NCBI GenBank assembly: GCA_048270185.1
Contig: JBLWTJ010000003.1
Location: 32,001 to 96,000 of the forward strand
Reading direction: 5' to 3'
DNA: 64,000 nucleotides
DNA from: Bacteriovoracaceae bacterium
Lineage (GTDB): Bacteria; Bdellovibrionota; Bacteriovoracia; Bacteriovoracales; Bacteriovoracaceae
Shown here one piece after another: positions 39,339-49,128 of this stretch. Position 1 is the stretch's first letter; each line of letters opens with the position of its first letter. The notes beneath the pieces are model-generated. The model was not told where the DNA came from. It ran no database searches and saw only the letters and a program-made list of their open reading frames with translations. The position numbers and the translations under genes were made by a program.

Positions 39339-40481
39339 ATGAAATTATTAAAGTTACTTGTGTGTTTTCTTTCACTTAGCACATTTGCGATCCCAATTGG
39401 GCATGAATCAAGCCTGCTAGGAAATACCACTTCTCGTCCAGGTGATATTGGTGCGGCAATGGTTTTCCCATCGGCCACGGCCTATATTAAAAGGGATGAA
39501 ATAAAAATATACTTTGGTCTTATGTATACCAGACAAGATATTGAGCTTGATGGAATTGGAAGTAGTTTTGAGAACCAATTTATTCCATACTTTACAGGCT
39601 TTGCAGGTGACTTCTTTGGCCTAACATTTACAAACTACGTTACTTATACTGGTGCCAACCATGGAAAGTTAATTTTTAGTTCAGATGGAATCGATGGTCA
39701 GATTGATACCCAGTCCGAAGAGTCTATCATTGGTGGCTCTGTTGCTAAAATATATGGAAAATTTGCTCTAGGCATTTCTGCAAATTTAGCAATTCGCTCC
39801 GCAAGAGCCTATGCCAGTTTCTACGGTGATAGTGGTGGAACTCCCACTCTTACGACAATTAATTCATATACAAAAATGTTGATTATTAATTCGCTGGCAA
39901 GTGCTTCTTATAAGGAAGGCCCACACTTCTTTAATTTAGGGGTCACATTTCCTGGTATCAAGTACTCTGGAAGTAATGATCTTAAGAAGGTTGAACAAAA
40001 CGGCGCAAATCCTACTAGTGTGACAAATGAAAAGTCTCACCCTGACTTTGAAAGTACTTCAGGTATTAATTTCGGTTATAGCTACTTATCAGGAGGATGG
40101 ACTCCTTCAATTGATATTTTCTATAACACTGACAATGATATTATTAATTTAAACTTTAGTGACTCTGAAGAGAGATCCAATTACACAAGTGATATAAACT
40201 TGAAATTTGGCCTAAGTACTCCGGAGTATAGAATGGAGAGGTTCTATAAAGGAACAACTTATTCATTTCTGCTTGGTGCCCAATATCACGAGGTAGAGTC
40301 ACAGGTTGATGAAACAGAGCCAATTGAGAGAACTAAGACTTACCAATACTCAGTAGGAGTAAAGCTTACAAATCGAAAAACTAGTCCAATTTTTGGTGTT
40401 TATTACCAAAATGATCAAGGTCTTTCTCGCTCAACTGCTTGGGCCTTAATGTACTCTTCAAATTACAATATTTTTGACTAA
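39339..40481 (+). CDS. outer-membrane beta-barrel protein, FadL/OmpP1-like
   Basis: Signal peptide, N-terminal GHESSLLGNT...AAMVFPSA plug-like motif, alternating aromatic beta strands. Confidence 0.55.
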   Translation: MKLLKLLVCFLSLSTFAIPIGHESSLLGNTTSRPGDIGAAMVFPSATAYIKRDEIKIYFGLMYTRQDIELDGIGSSFENQFIPYFTGFAGDFFGLTFTNYVTYTGANHGKLIFSSDGIDGQIDTQSEESIIGGSVAKIYGKFALGISANLAIRSARAYASFYGDSGGTPTLTTINSYTKMLIINSLASASYKEGPHFFNLGVTFPGIKYSGSNDLKKVEQNGANPTSVTNEKSHPDFESTSGINFGYSYLSGGWTPSIDIFYNTDNDIINLNFSDSEERSNYTSDINLKFGLSTPEYRMERFYKGTTYSFLLGAQYHEVESQVDETEPIERTKTYQYSVGVKLTNRKTSPIFGVYYQNDQGLSRSTAWALMYSSNYNIFD

Positions 40482-40555
40482 TTTATGTAGACTTGAGTCT
40501 ATATTGTGGTGTAATAAATCTCGTTCTAATTTGGCTTTGCCAGGAGATATTTTTC

Positions 40556-41521
40556 ATGAAAACAATGGCCCAATTCTTTAGCCAAAACTACCGTCACTTT
40601 AATGCTGCTTCACTGGTTGATGCTTCTAAAGCTTATGTCGATCACATCAATAGTGGCAAGAAGATGATGATTACTCTTGCAGGTGCCATGAGTACGGCCG
40701 AACTTGGTGTAAGCCTTGCGGAAATGATTCGCCAAGATAAGGTGCAAATCATTTCTTGTACAGGAGCAAACCTTGAGGAAGATATCATGAATTTGATTGC
40801 TTATAATCACTATAAGCGTATTCCAAATTACCGTGATTTAAGTCCAGAGGAAGAAGAAGAGTTACTTGAGCAAGGCTTTAATCGTGTTACTGATACTTGT
40901 ATTCCAGAAGAGACGGCCTTTAGAAAACTTCAAAAATATCTCTTTGAAGAATGGTCAAAAGCGGCAGCTGCTGGTGAAAGATTATTTCCTCATGAATTCT
41001 TATACCGAATTTTAAGACGCAAAGACTTTGCCAGTGAGTTTGAAACAGATGCGGCCAATTCTTGGATGATGGCGGCTTGTGAGAAGAATTTACCAATCAT
41101 TGTTCCAGGTTGGGAAGACTCTACAACAGCAAATATTTTTGCTTCATACTGTTTAACTGGAGAGCTTGAACCTTCTCTTGTTAAAAATGGTATTGAGTAC
41201 ATGATGTTTCTTGCAAAGTGGTATCCAGATAATTGTGGTACAAGCGGTATTGGTTTCTTTCAAATTGGTGGTGGGATCGCTGGTGACTTTCCAATTTGTG
41301 TCGTTCCAATGCTTAATCAAGATATGGAAGATGATGTTCCTCTATGGTCATACTTTTGTCAGATTTCTGATTCGACGACAAGCTATGGGTCATATTCAGG
41401 AGCAGTTCCAAATGAGAAGATCACTTGGGGAAAACTTTCTTCAAAGACTCCACGATTTATCATCGAATCAGATGCAACGATTGTTGCCCCATTAATTTTT
41501 AGCTACGTTCTAGAAAATTAA
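40556..41521 (+). CDS. deoxyhypusine synthase-like (possible homospermidine synthase)
   Basis: YRHFNAA, LAGAMSTAE, CTGANLEED, QIGGGIAGDF, SYSGA.PNEKITWGK, ESDATI; AGGAG before ATG 40556. Confidence 0.9.
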   Translation: MKTMAQFFSQNYRHFNAASLVDASKAYVDHINSGKKMMITLAGAMSTAELGVSLAEMIRQDKVQIISCTGANLEEDIMNLIAYNHYKRIPNYRDLSPEEEEELLEQGFNRVTDTCIPEETAFRKLQKYLFEEWSKAAAAGERLFPHEFLYRILRRKDFASEFETDAANSWMMAACEKNLPIIVPGWEDSTTANIFASYCLTGELEPSLVKNGIEYMMFLAKWYPDNCGTSGIGFFQIGGGIAGDFPICVVPMLNQDMEDDVPLWSYFCQISDSTTSYGSYSGAVPNEKITWGKLSSKTPRFIIESDATIVAPLIFSYVLEN

Positions 41522-41559
41522 TTGGAAAAGTATTGGCCTTCCTCTATGATGGGAAGGTC

Positions 41560-41940
41560 ATGATCTTATTATTTATCGTAAAATATATGGCATTCTTTTT
41601 AGGATGCTTTTTTTGTTTCTTACTTCATGCCAAACTTGATGTTCCAATTGTTATTGCTTCAAGTGTCGTTGGTCTTATTGGTAGTTTTATTCCATTACCA
41701 AGCTTTATTAAAGAACGTTATCACACTCATCCTCATGCTGCTATTTATGCCGGAAGTTTCGCCGGAATGTGTTCGGCAGAACTCATTACAAGCTATTGGG
41801 AGCTGGGAATCATCTCAATGATTGGGGCCTTAATATATATCCTAACGATGAATCTCTTTCATGGTTTTGGTGGCAAGCTTGGAAGTGTAGCCTTTGTTAG
41901 TGTAACTCTTTTTATTCTTGTTCGTGGAGTGTTTTGGTGA
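41560..41940 (+). CDS. small Gly-rich membrane protein (pair member A)
   Basis: About 5 hydrophobic segments; YAGSFAGM and GFGGKLG; start uncertain. Confidence 0.75.
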   Translation: MILLFIVKYMAFFLGCFFCFLLHAKLDVPIVIASSVVGLIGSFIPLPSFIKERYHTHPHAAIYAGSFAGMCSAELITSYWELGIISMIGALIYILTMNLFHGFGGKLGSVAFVSVTLFILVRGVFW

Positions 41941-42314
41941 TTATCTTCGCACTACCTATTTCAATCATAGGTGCCATTTCAACATACGTGCTTTCCCAAA
42001 AAAGACCATTTGGGGCAATTAGAGCATCTACATTATTATCCATTCTATCCTATTTAATCTTCTGGGGGATAGGAGTGGAAGCTGAACTCTATAGTGTGGT
42101 TTTCTTTGGTGGAAGTTTTGTTGGAATGAGTGCATCTCATCGATTTGGTTACTTTAGTGTGACTCTTGGTTCAATTTTCTTCGCATTCTTTTACATATTT
42201 TTAATTCCTCTGCTAAAAGGTTACGGTGGGGCCCTTGGTTTGAGTGCTTTCTTATCAGTTGCTCTGACACATCTAATTCGTTTGATTCGTCATAAATTGT
42301 CTAGTACAGTTTAA
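41934..42314 (+). CDS. small Gly-rich membrane protein (pair member B)
   Basis: About 5 hydrophobic segments; FGGSFVGM and GYGGALG. Confidence 0.75.
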   Translation: MVIIFALPISIIGAISTYVLSQKRPFGAIRASTLLSILSYLIFWGIGVEAELYSVVFFGGSFVGMSASHRFGYFSVTLGSIFFAFFYIFLIPLLKGYGGALGLSAFLSVALTHLIRLIRHKLSSTV

Positions 42315-42316
42315 AG

Positions 42317-42829
42317 ATGAAAAAAATAATAACATTCTCGATACTCCTATTTCTAAATCTTAATCTCTTAGCTCAAGAGACAGTTCATGTTACAGGCTCA
42401 ATTGAAATCAAGGCTGATATTCAAAGGGTTTTTGAATTGGTATCTGATCCAATGAATGATCATCTTTGGAGAAGGGAAGTTAATGAGATGATGACGGATC
42501 GTCGTGAATTAGAAGTTGGAAGTATCTTTAGAGAGGATGCTTGGATTGGTATCAAGCGCCACTTTATAACAACGACAGAGTTAATCGAGCTAGAGCCTCC
42601 TTATCGTGCACTTTTTGAAACAGTTAAATCAAATCCATATTTTCTAAGAAGTGATCGAAGCTTTAAAGAGACAACAAATGGAACAGTTTTTACCTATAAT
42701 GTTGATTTTGATCAGGCCATGATAAAGCCGACGTTTGGCTTTAATGCAAAACCTGAAACTGTTGTTAAACTCTACGGAATTCTCATGAAAGGGTATCTAA
42801 AGAAGCTTAAACGAATTCTTGAAAAGTAG
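42317..42829 (+). CDS. SRPBCC/polyketide-cyclase-like protein with signal peptide
   Basis: SIEI.A...VF..VSDP.N...W, EVGS.F. Confidence 0.7.
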   Translation: MKKIITFSILLFLNLNLLAQETVHVTGSIEIKADIQRVFELVSDPMNDHLWRREVNEMMTDRRELEVGSIFREDAWIGIKRHFITTTELIELEPPYRALFETVKSNPYFLRSDRSFKETTNGTVFTYNVDFDQAMIKPTFGFNAKPETVVKLYGILMKGYLKKLKRILEK

Positions 42830-42830
42830 T

Positions 42831-43913
42831 TTAGAGATGATCTCGTAACTTTACTTCAGCTAGGATTTCATCTTTTGCTAAACTTTGTAGATCTTCGACT
42901 TCATCAAACTCATCCATGATTTCAATTCCAAAGAATGTCTCGACGATATCTTCTAATGTTATAAGTCCTAGAATTGTTCCGTAATTGTCACAGACCATGG
43001 CGATGTGTTCCTTCTCTCTAATAAATTTTTTAAAAAGTTGCCTAAGAGGGGTACGCCTATTCTTAATGGATATTGGTCGCATAATATTTAGCTCAGAAAT
43101 AGTTTTATTATTCATTCCTTCGATCATGGCCTTTGTGATATCTTCTTTGTGAATATAGCCTTGAATATTGTTAACGTTCTCTTCAAAGCATGGAATTCGA
43201 GTAATGGGAAAGCGTTGGTCGTAGATATACTGAATGGAGGAGTTGATATCGGCCATAATGACTTTTCTTGCAGGAGTCATAACTTCTTCGATACTTTTTC
43301 GTGATGCTAGTAGAGATTCTTTAAGGAATTCACCTTCATCTTTTGCCAATGCCTTTGTGCGAACTCCTAGCTCAATCATCGATTCAACTTCTTCACGGCT
43401 CATTTGGTGAGTAGGGTCAGTCTTGAGCATTCTCATTAATCCCATCGAAATATAGAGAATTGGTTTTAGAATAAAGATAAGAGGAGGCAAGACCTTAAGC
43501 ATAAAGGGAGTTAAGGTTTTCCAATAATGATGCCCTAGGGACTTCGGGATAATCTCTGATAAGTAGAGTATCGCCAATGTTAAGACAATTGAAACGGCCG
43601 ATAAGTAGTATTCGAGATTTGCTCCTGAAACACCCATATCTTTAAAGAGTTGAATCGATTCTGAACCTACTCCGGCGGCACCTAGAGTGTGGGCAAATGT
43701 GTTAAGGGTTAGGATGGCCGAGATCGCTTCATCCTTATTGGAGGCATACTTCTTTAGCTGTGGGGCAAAGCTCTTTTCTTGTCGCTGTGAGGCTAGAATA
43801 AAATTTGGAGTAATAGAAAGTAAGACGGCCTCTAGGATTGAGCATAAGAAGGAGACACCTATTGAGATTAGGACGTAGATAATTAACATATTAGCTTGGA
43901 CTCCTTTGTCCAT
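42831..43913 (-). CDS. CNNM/CorB (DUF21-CBS) membrane protein
   Basis: SFLCSILEAVLLS, ILTLNT.AHT.GA, SEIIPK, CBS pair with G.ITLEDIVE. Confidence 0.9.
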   Translation of the reverse strand: MDKGVQANMLIIYVLISIGVSFLCSILEAVLLSITPNFILASQRQEKSFAPQLKKYASNKDEAISAILTLNTFAHTLGAAGVGSESIQLFKDMGVSGANLEYYLSAVSIVLTLAILYLSEIIPKSLGHHYWKTLTPFMLKVLPPLIFILKPILYISMGLMRMLKTDPTHQMSREEVESMIELGVRTKALAKDEGEFLKESLLASRKSIEEVMTPARKVIMADINSSIQYIYDQRFPITRIPCFEENVNNIQGYIHKEDITKAMIEGMNNKTISELNIMRPISIKNRRTPLRQLFKKFIREKEHIAMVCDNYGTILGLITLEDIVETFFGIEIMDEFDEVEDLQSLAKDEILAEVKLRDHL

Positions 43914-44098
43914 GATTTAAATTGGGCATTGGTCTTAAAGTTTACCTAAAAGCCGACAATGGATTGTCAATTTAGTGTTAAAATAAGCTAATATTTGAGT
44001 TATTTGGTAGGTGATAATCAGGACTTAAGATAAAACGTGGCTTAAGCTCTGAGTTTGCAGTACAATATTAAGGATTTAAAAACTCAAATGAGGTATGT

Positions 44099-44551
44099 AT
44101 GAATGTTTCAGAATTTATGACTAAGAATGTAACAACTTGTAATCAGGATCAAACAGTAGGTGATGCTGCAAAGAAAATGCTTGAACTTGGTGTTAGTGTT
44201 ATGCCTGTTGTTGATGATTCAGGTAAGCTCGTTGGTATTGTGACTCAATCTGACTTTATTGGAAAGCAAGTTGATATACCACATGCTCTTGTATCGATTA
44301 AGAGATTATTTGGTCAAGACTTCAACGCTACAGATGTTGAAGATGTATATAAGAAAGCAAAAGTTAAGAAGCTTTCAGAAGTTATGTCATCAAACTTAGT
44401 AACTGTAACTCAAGACTATACTCTTGATGATGTTGTTACTCTTATGATGAAGAAGAATTTAAAGAGATTACCTGTTTTAGATGGTGAAAAGCTTGTAGGG
44501 CTTATAACTCGTAGGGATTTAATTAAAGCATTTGAACAAAGTTCAAAATAA
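44099..44551 (+). CDS. CBS-pair protein
   Basis: Two CBS repeats (MPVVD..GKLVGIVT; LPVLD..KLVGLITR.D). Confidence 0.9.
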   Translation: MNVSEFMTKNVTTCNQDQTVGDAAKKMLELGVSVMPVVDDSGKLVGIVTQSDFIGKQVDIPHALVSIKRLFGQDFNATDVEDVYKKAKVKKLSEVMSSNLVTVTQDYTLDDVVTLMMKKNLKRLPVLDGEKLVGLITRRDLIKAFEQSSK

Positions 44552-44556
44552 ATATG

Positions 44557-44581
44557 AAGGCCTCTGAATGAGGCCTTTTTT
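44557..44581 (+). terminator. rho-independent terminator between convergent genes
   Basis: AAGGCCTC-tgaat-GAGGCCTT then T run. Confidence 0.8.
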
Positions 44582-45506
44582 ATAGACAATCTTTTGGTGA
44601 GTTAAACTCATACCCTTTAAAAACTTCATTCTTTATAAAGTTATACTTTGCCATGGAAATTGACTTTAATTTCTTTGGATTTAAACGATAAGCAACAATA
44701 CTTTCTGCAGCGTCCTCTCCGGGATTAGTTGCTCCATAACCAGAGATCATTCTACTTCTGTCATAGCGCCATCCCATTGGATGATCAATCCAGTTTGATA
44801 GCTTCCACCATTCTTGGTTATATCCCATATTGATAGGATAGCCTAAGTTATGAGCAAACTCGTGTAGGAGAGTGTAGACCTTTCCCTTGTTATCTAATTC
44901 ACGCTCCCAAGGAGTGTAGAGTTCAATCGAAGCATTGGCAAAAATCATCCCATTAGCGCGATAGCCGATACCTTCTTTAATATGTTTTACAAGCCTCTTA
45001 TTATTCTTTAGGAGAAAGAAGCTCTTTGGAATTAGACTTACGGTTTCAAGAACAATGTCGAGTTCTTCTTTACTCATTATTCCTGCATCAATATTTGAAT
45101 AAGCAGATGTATTTAATTCATATTCATTGATGAGATAAATTGTCTTTGCAATGAGCTCATCCTCTTCAAATAAATGAGTGAGGGCACACTTTATTGAAAT
45201 ACACTGACGTGCTTTTGAAATTCGAGTTTTAAAGTCTTTGTGATTTATAATTTTCTTTAAAACGTGATCTTTAACAAGTCTTCTAAAGATAGAAATTGAA
45301 TCTTGTGATTCATTTTGAAATTTAAAATATGTTGATTGATATTTCTCATTACCATTGGCCAAGAGTTTTTCAACACTCTTCTCAATTTTATAATCAGAAG
45401 CAAGCTCTTCTTTACAATAGGCATTGTCGACAAGCTCGAATGGAGTAGCATATTCACTAAGAGCAAAACTACTAAGTGAAAAGAGTAATGGCATAAGAAA
45501 TTTCAT
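44580..45506 (-). CDS. secreted zincin-like metallopeptidase
   Basis: Signal peptide; LLHEFAH and SGYGATNPGEDAAE. Confidence 0.7.
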   Translation of the reverse strand: MKFLMPLLFSLSSFALSEYATPFELVDNAYCKEELASDYKIEKSVEKLLANGNEKYQSTYFKFQNESQDSISIFRRLVKDHVLKKIINHKDFKTRISKARQCISIKCALTHLFEEDELIAKTIYLINEYELNTSAYSNIDAGIMSKEELDIVLETVSLIPKSFFLLKNNKRLVKHIKEGIGYRANGMIFANASIELYTPWERELDNKGKVYTLLHEFAHNLGYPINMGYNQEWWKLSNWIDHPMGWRYDRSRMISGYGATNPGEDAAESIVAYRLNPKKLKSISMAKYNFIKNEVFKGYEFNSPKDCL

Positions 45507-45570
45507 AATTACTTATGCCTATATTTACTGTTTTTCTCAATACTTAAGGGCTTTCCTTGTAGTATTTATA

Positions 45571-46857
45571 CTACTTTTCACGCATAAACATAAAGACAAT
45601 GGCCACCACAGGTAAGAAGAAGCAGTAAAAAGAATTTGTGACAACATCCCAAGGAGAGATTCTAAATGTAACACCTAGAAGAAGGGCCTGTGCTCCGTAA
45701 GGTAGAATTCCTTGTACGGTACAACTAAAAATATCAATGAGGGATGCACTTCTCTTTGCTGTGATACCTCCACTTTGTGCAAGCTTTTTGGCAATCGGCC
45801 CAACGATAATAATTGAAACCGTGTTATTAGCAATACAAGTATTAGTGACTGCGGCCATAAGTCCAATTCCTAATTGATCTGCAATGGACTTATTTATTTT
45901 TCCTATTTTTGTGATAATGCCTTGAATTTTATTAGAGATAAAGTCTAGGCCTCCATCTGCTCTGATAAATTCACTTAGGCCTCCAATAAGCATTGAGAGG
46001 AGAAAGATGTCTTGCATGTTTGTGAAGCCTTGGTATGTATGGCCAATGAGATCACTCATTGTGTAGGTCTGCGTAAAGCCTACAGCGGCCGCTGAGAAGA
46101 TACCAAGTAATAGAACGACGAAAACATTCACACCTAAGAGTGCGAGTATGAGAATTAATAAATATGGTAGTGCTAGGAATAAGTTATAATCTTTAACGTA
46201 CTCAAGCTCTGGTGTTGGCAAAAGATAGAAGTAAATTACAAGAGTAATGATGGCCGCAATCGAAGCAATCTTAAAATTCTCGCGAAACTTATCGCGCATA
46301 TTACAACCTTGTGTACGAGTCGCTGCAATTGTCGTATCAGAAATTATTGATAAGTTATCACCAAACATTGCACCAGATAAAACGGCTCCGGCCACTATCG
46401 GAAGATTAATTTGAGCTTTTGTGGCAAGGCTTAGTGCAATTGGAGCGATGGCCCCGATTGTTCCCATCGATGTTCCCATCGCCGTTGCAACGACTGCTGA
46501 AATAATAAATAGTCCAGGAAGAAGTAAGTAAGATGGGATAACTGATAAGCCTAGGCTAACAATGGCATCAACTCCACCTGTTTCTCTGGCCACTGTTGAA
46601 AAGGCTCCAGCTAAAAGATAAATAAGACACATTGTAATAATATCGGGATGGCCAATACCACTAATAAATTTTGAAATATTTGTATTCAATTTATCTTTTG
46701 AAATAATGAATGCAAGTATGATTGCTGGAATAATCGCAATCGGGGCCGGTAATTGATAGAATGCGTGCTTAACACCATTTAATTGAAAGTAGATTCCTAC
46801 ACCTAAGAAAATTGCAACAAAGAGAGTGAGGGGTAATAGGGATAATTTCTGTCTCAT
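45571..46857 (-). CDS. Na+/H+ antiporter NhaC family transporter
   Basis: GTSMGTI, SGAMFGDNLSIISDTTIAA, ANNT, PYGAQ. Confidence 0.9.
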   Translation of the reverse strand: MRQKLSLLPLTLFVAIFLGVGIYFQLNGVKHAFYQLPAPIAIIPAIILAFIISKDKLNTNISKFISGIGHPDIITMCLIYLLAGAFSTVARETGGVDAIVSLGLSVIPSYLLLPGLFIISAVVATAMGTSMGTIGAIAPIALSLATKAQINLPIVAGAVLSGAMFGDNLSIISDTTIAATRTQGCNMRDKFRENFKIASIAAIITLVIYFYLLPTPELEYVKDYNLFLALPYLLILILALLGVNVFVVLLLGIFSAAAVGFTQTYTMSDLIGHTYQGFTNMQDIFLLSMLIGGLSEFIRADGGLDFISNKIQGIITKIGKINKSIADQLGIGLMAAVTNTCIANNTVSIIIVGPIAKKLAQSGGITAKRSASLIDIFSCTVQGILPYGAQALLLGVTFRISPWDVVTNSFYCFFLPVVAIVFMFMREK

Positions 46858-48422
46858 TATTTCCAGCCTTTAACTTCTAGATAAGATTGATTGAAGGGAT
46901 CAAATTTTAAATCGATCTTGTATAACTTATTATCCGGTCTGGCGTAAAGTGAATCCTGAGTGTCGAGTATAATTGCTACACTATGTCCTTTCTTAATATT
47001 ATAAGCACTCGCAACTAATTCTATTTGAATGTCTTCCCTTAGATTATGTCCAGTGTATGCTCCATGAGTAATGAGCTTTGCTATTCCTCGTGGAGATACA
47101 TCGTAGAGGTAAGCGATGATCTGATAAGGTGCAGATGACACTTCAACATTAAGCTTTAAGCGTGGAATTCCTCGAATCGTATACTCTTGAGTAAGAGGTG
47201 CAGATTTAAACTTTAAGCTATTTAAAATATTATTAAATTTCGGGTAGTTAATTGTAGGTATATTAAAATGTCCATCAAGAACAGCTGAAATAAATGGAAC
47301 ACCTGTTGATGCACCAGAATCAAGCCCTGCAAAGAATTGGTTTTCTTGCGTTTTCCCGAGGTAAGGCATAGGAGATAAGCTTCCTTTTAAAATACTTCTT
47401 GGGTGAAGAAAGAGTCTCTTTGGAAATTGAAAACTAGGTTGTACTTCACGTGGTTTGTAGACATCAGGTTGTACGACAATTCGATTTAGCTCAAAGTCCT
47501 TCTTTGTATGATCTTTTTTTAACCAGTAGTGAAACCAAGAACTCATACGATCAAAGAGATAGCTTTGCAGCCCTAGCAGTCCAGGAAGCTCTGCCGTTGC
47601 ATGTGAGCCTTGAGAGAGGTCTAAAACCTTTGGAGCTGATATCTTATGAAAAGCTTTTATTAGAGCGTTAGGTTGAAAGAGATTATCGCCGAAATTATTG
47701 GCCAGATAAATTGGTTTGTTGAAGCGATTAATTTTTGAAAGATTGTTGATGAGACTTCGCTCATACACCCATTCTTTAAATTCTTCATCATCACCTTGCA
47801 GGACATTATCAAGAATTCGTGGGATATTAGGGTCCATATTACCTAGGATATCTCCTGATTTAACGAGGAAGTTAGACCAGAAAAGTCTTGGAGTATTTTG
47901 TGCGTATAGCGCTTCTTTTAGATTTGTCCAAGTACTCATTGCAAAGACTGTCTTAATACGGTCTTCTTTTGCAAGCCCCATAAGAGAGAGGCCTCCTCCG
48001 TATGAGATTCCGGCCATTGCGAAATTTCCTTTTTGAGCAGGAGTATACTCCTCCAGCCAGTCGAGAATTTTTCTGAGATCCTGGAAGTCATTTTTTCCGG
48101 CAACATTGATAAGGCCTTCAGAACAGCCCCAACCTCGAGTACTATAACTAAAAACTTGAAAACCTTCTTTTGCAAGTCTAATGGCCTGGGCCATGTACTC
48201 ATGTTCTTCAACTGTCCAGCTATTAGGGAAAATGATTGTGGGGTAGGGCCCTTTAAACTTCTTTGGTGTTAAGAGGTTTCCATAAATTTTTGTCTTATCA
48301 AATGAAGTAATAACAACATCACGATCATAGTGATAATCATCTGAATCGGGGAGATCAAGATTGATACAAATATTGGCAAGCGTACTAAAATTGAGAAGTA
48401 GTAAAATAAGTAAAGTTTTCAT
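46857..48422 (-). CDS. CocE/NonD (peptidase S15-like) alpha/beta hydrolase
   Basis: Signal peptide, YSTRGWG.SEG, GISYGGG nucleophile, C-terminal jelly-roll-like region. Confidence 0.85.
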   Translation of the reverse strand: MKTLLILLLLNFSTLANICINLDLPDSDDYHYDRDVVITSFDKTKIYGNLLTPKKFKGPYPTIIFPNSWTVEEHEYMAQAIRLAKEGFQVFSYSTRGWGCSEGLINVAGKNDFQDLRKILDWLEEYTPAQKGNFAMAGISYGGGLSLMGLAKEDRIKTVFAMSTWTNLKEALYAQNTPRLFWSNFLVKSGDILGNMDPNIPRILDNVLQGDDEEFKEWVYERSLINNLSKINRFNKPIYLANNFGDNLFQPNALIKAFHKISAPKVLDLSQGSHATAELPGLLGLQSYLFDRMSSWFHYWLKKDHTKKDFELNRIVVQPDVYKPREVQPSFQFPKRLFLHPRSILKGSLSPMPYLGKTQENQFFAGLDSGASTGVPFISAVLDGHFNIPTINYPKFNNILNSLKFKSAPLTQEYTIRGIPRLKLNVEVSSAPYQIIAYLYDVSPRGIAKLITHGAYTGHNLREDIQIELVASAYNIKKGHSVAIILDTQDSLYARPDNKLYKIDLKFDPFNQSYLEVKGWK

Positions 48423-48509
48423 AAGAAATATTATATAGTCTTCGGATTTACTTATTAAAGGCTCGCTTTAGCCTTTTTTCTTACTACTTCTATCAACGGT
48501 GACAGTTTC

Positions 48510-48950
48510 TTATAAAAATGACTTTATTAAGTCCTTTCTAGTTACAATTCCCACCAATTTATTATCTTTCAACACTGGAACACGTTTTAGATGATTATCA
48601 ATCATGAACTCAACGAAGTTTTCCATATTCGTATTGCTATTAACGGTTTTCACTTTCTTTGTCATGACTTCTCCAACTTTCTTTTCTTTCACCAGGGCAT
48701 AGAGTTTTTCGAGACTATTAAAACTTAAATTCTGTCCAAAAATCTGTTTCATCTTGGCCATGGCATGTGGAATTTCAACTTCTTTTCCAAGAAAATCAGA
48801 CTCCGTAAGAATACCGATAATCTCACTATTTTCATTAACGACAGGAAGCATACTAATGCGATTATCACACATAATCTTTGCCGCATCTTTGACTTGCATG
48901 TCTGGATTAATTGTAATTAGTTTACTTGTCATAACACTATCAATATTCAT
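48510..48950 (-). CDS. CBS-pair protein, paralog of 44099-44551
   Basis: Two CBS repeats; shares SDF.GK.V.IPHA...K..FGQ. Confidence 0.9.
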   Translation of the reverse strand: MNIDSVMTSKLITINPDMQVKDAAKIMCDNRISMLPVVNENSEIIGILTESDFLGKEVEIPHAMAKMKQIFGQNLSFNSLEKLYALVKEKKVGEVMTKKVKTVNSNTNMENFVEFMIDNHLKRVPVLKDNKLVGIVTRKDLIKSFL

Positions 48951-49032
48951 TTTAACCTCGCTGTTGTTACGGCTCTAATAACGGGAGATGTGAATCGTTT
49001 AATGAGTTAATAAAAGTGAAAAAAAATTAACT

Positions 49033-49059
49033 TAAACAATCTCATTGTGGTTCCGATAA
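49033..49059 (+). promoter_or_regulatory. possible sigma28 (FliA) promoter
   Basis: TAAA-N15-TCCGATAA versus consensus TAAA-N15-GCCGATAA. Confidence 0.5.
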
Positions 49060-49128
49060 GATGTCATTGATTTTATGTAATAATTTTGTGTTAGTCCCGA
49101 GAAGGGTCTAATTAAAGGGGAGTTTGTT

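Noticed and set aside
43936..43959. Possible sigma28 promoter TAAAG...GCCGACAA
   Set aside because: Spacer is 12 nt rather than about 15 nt.
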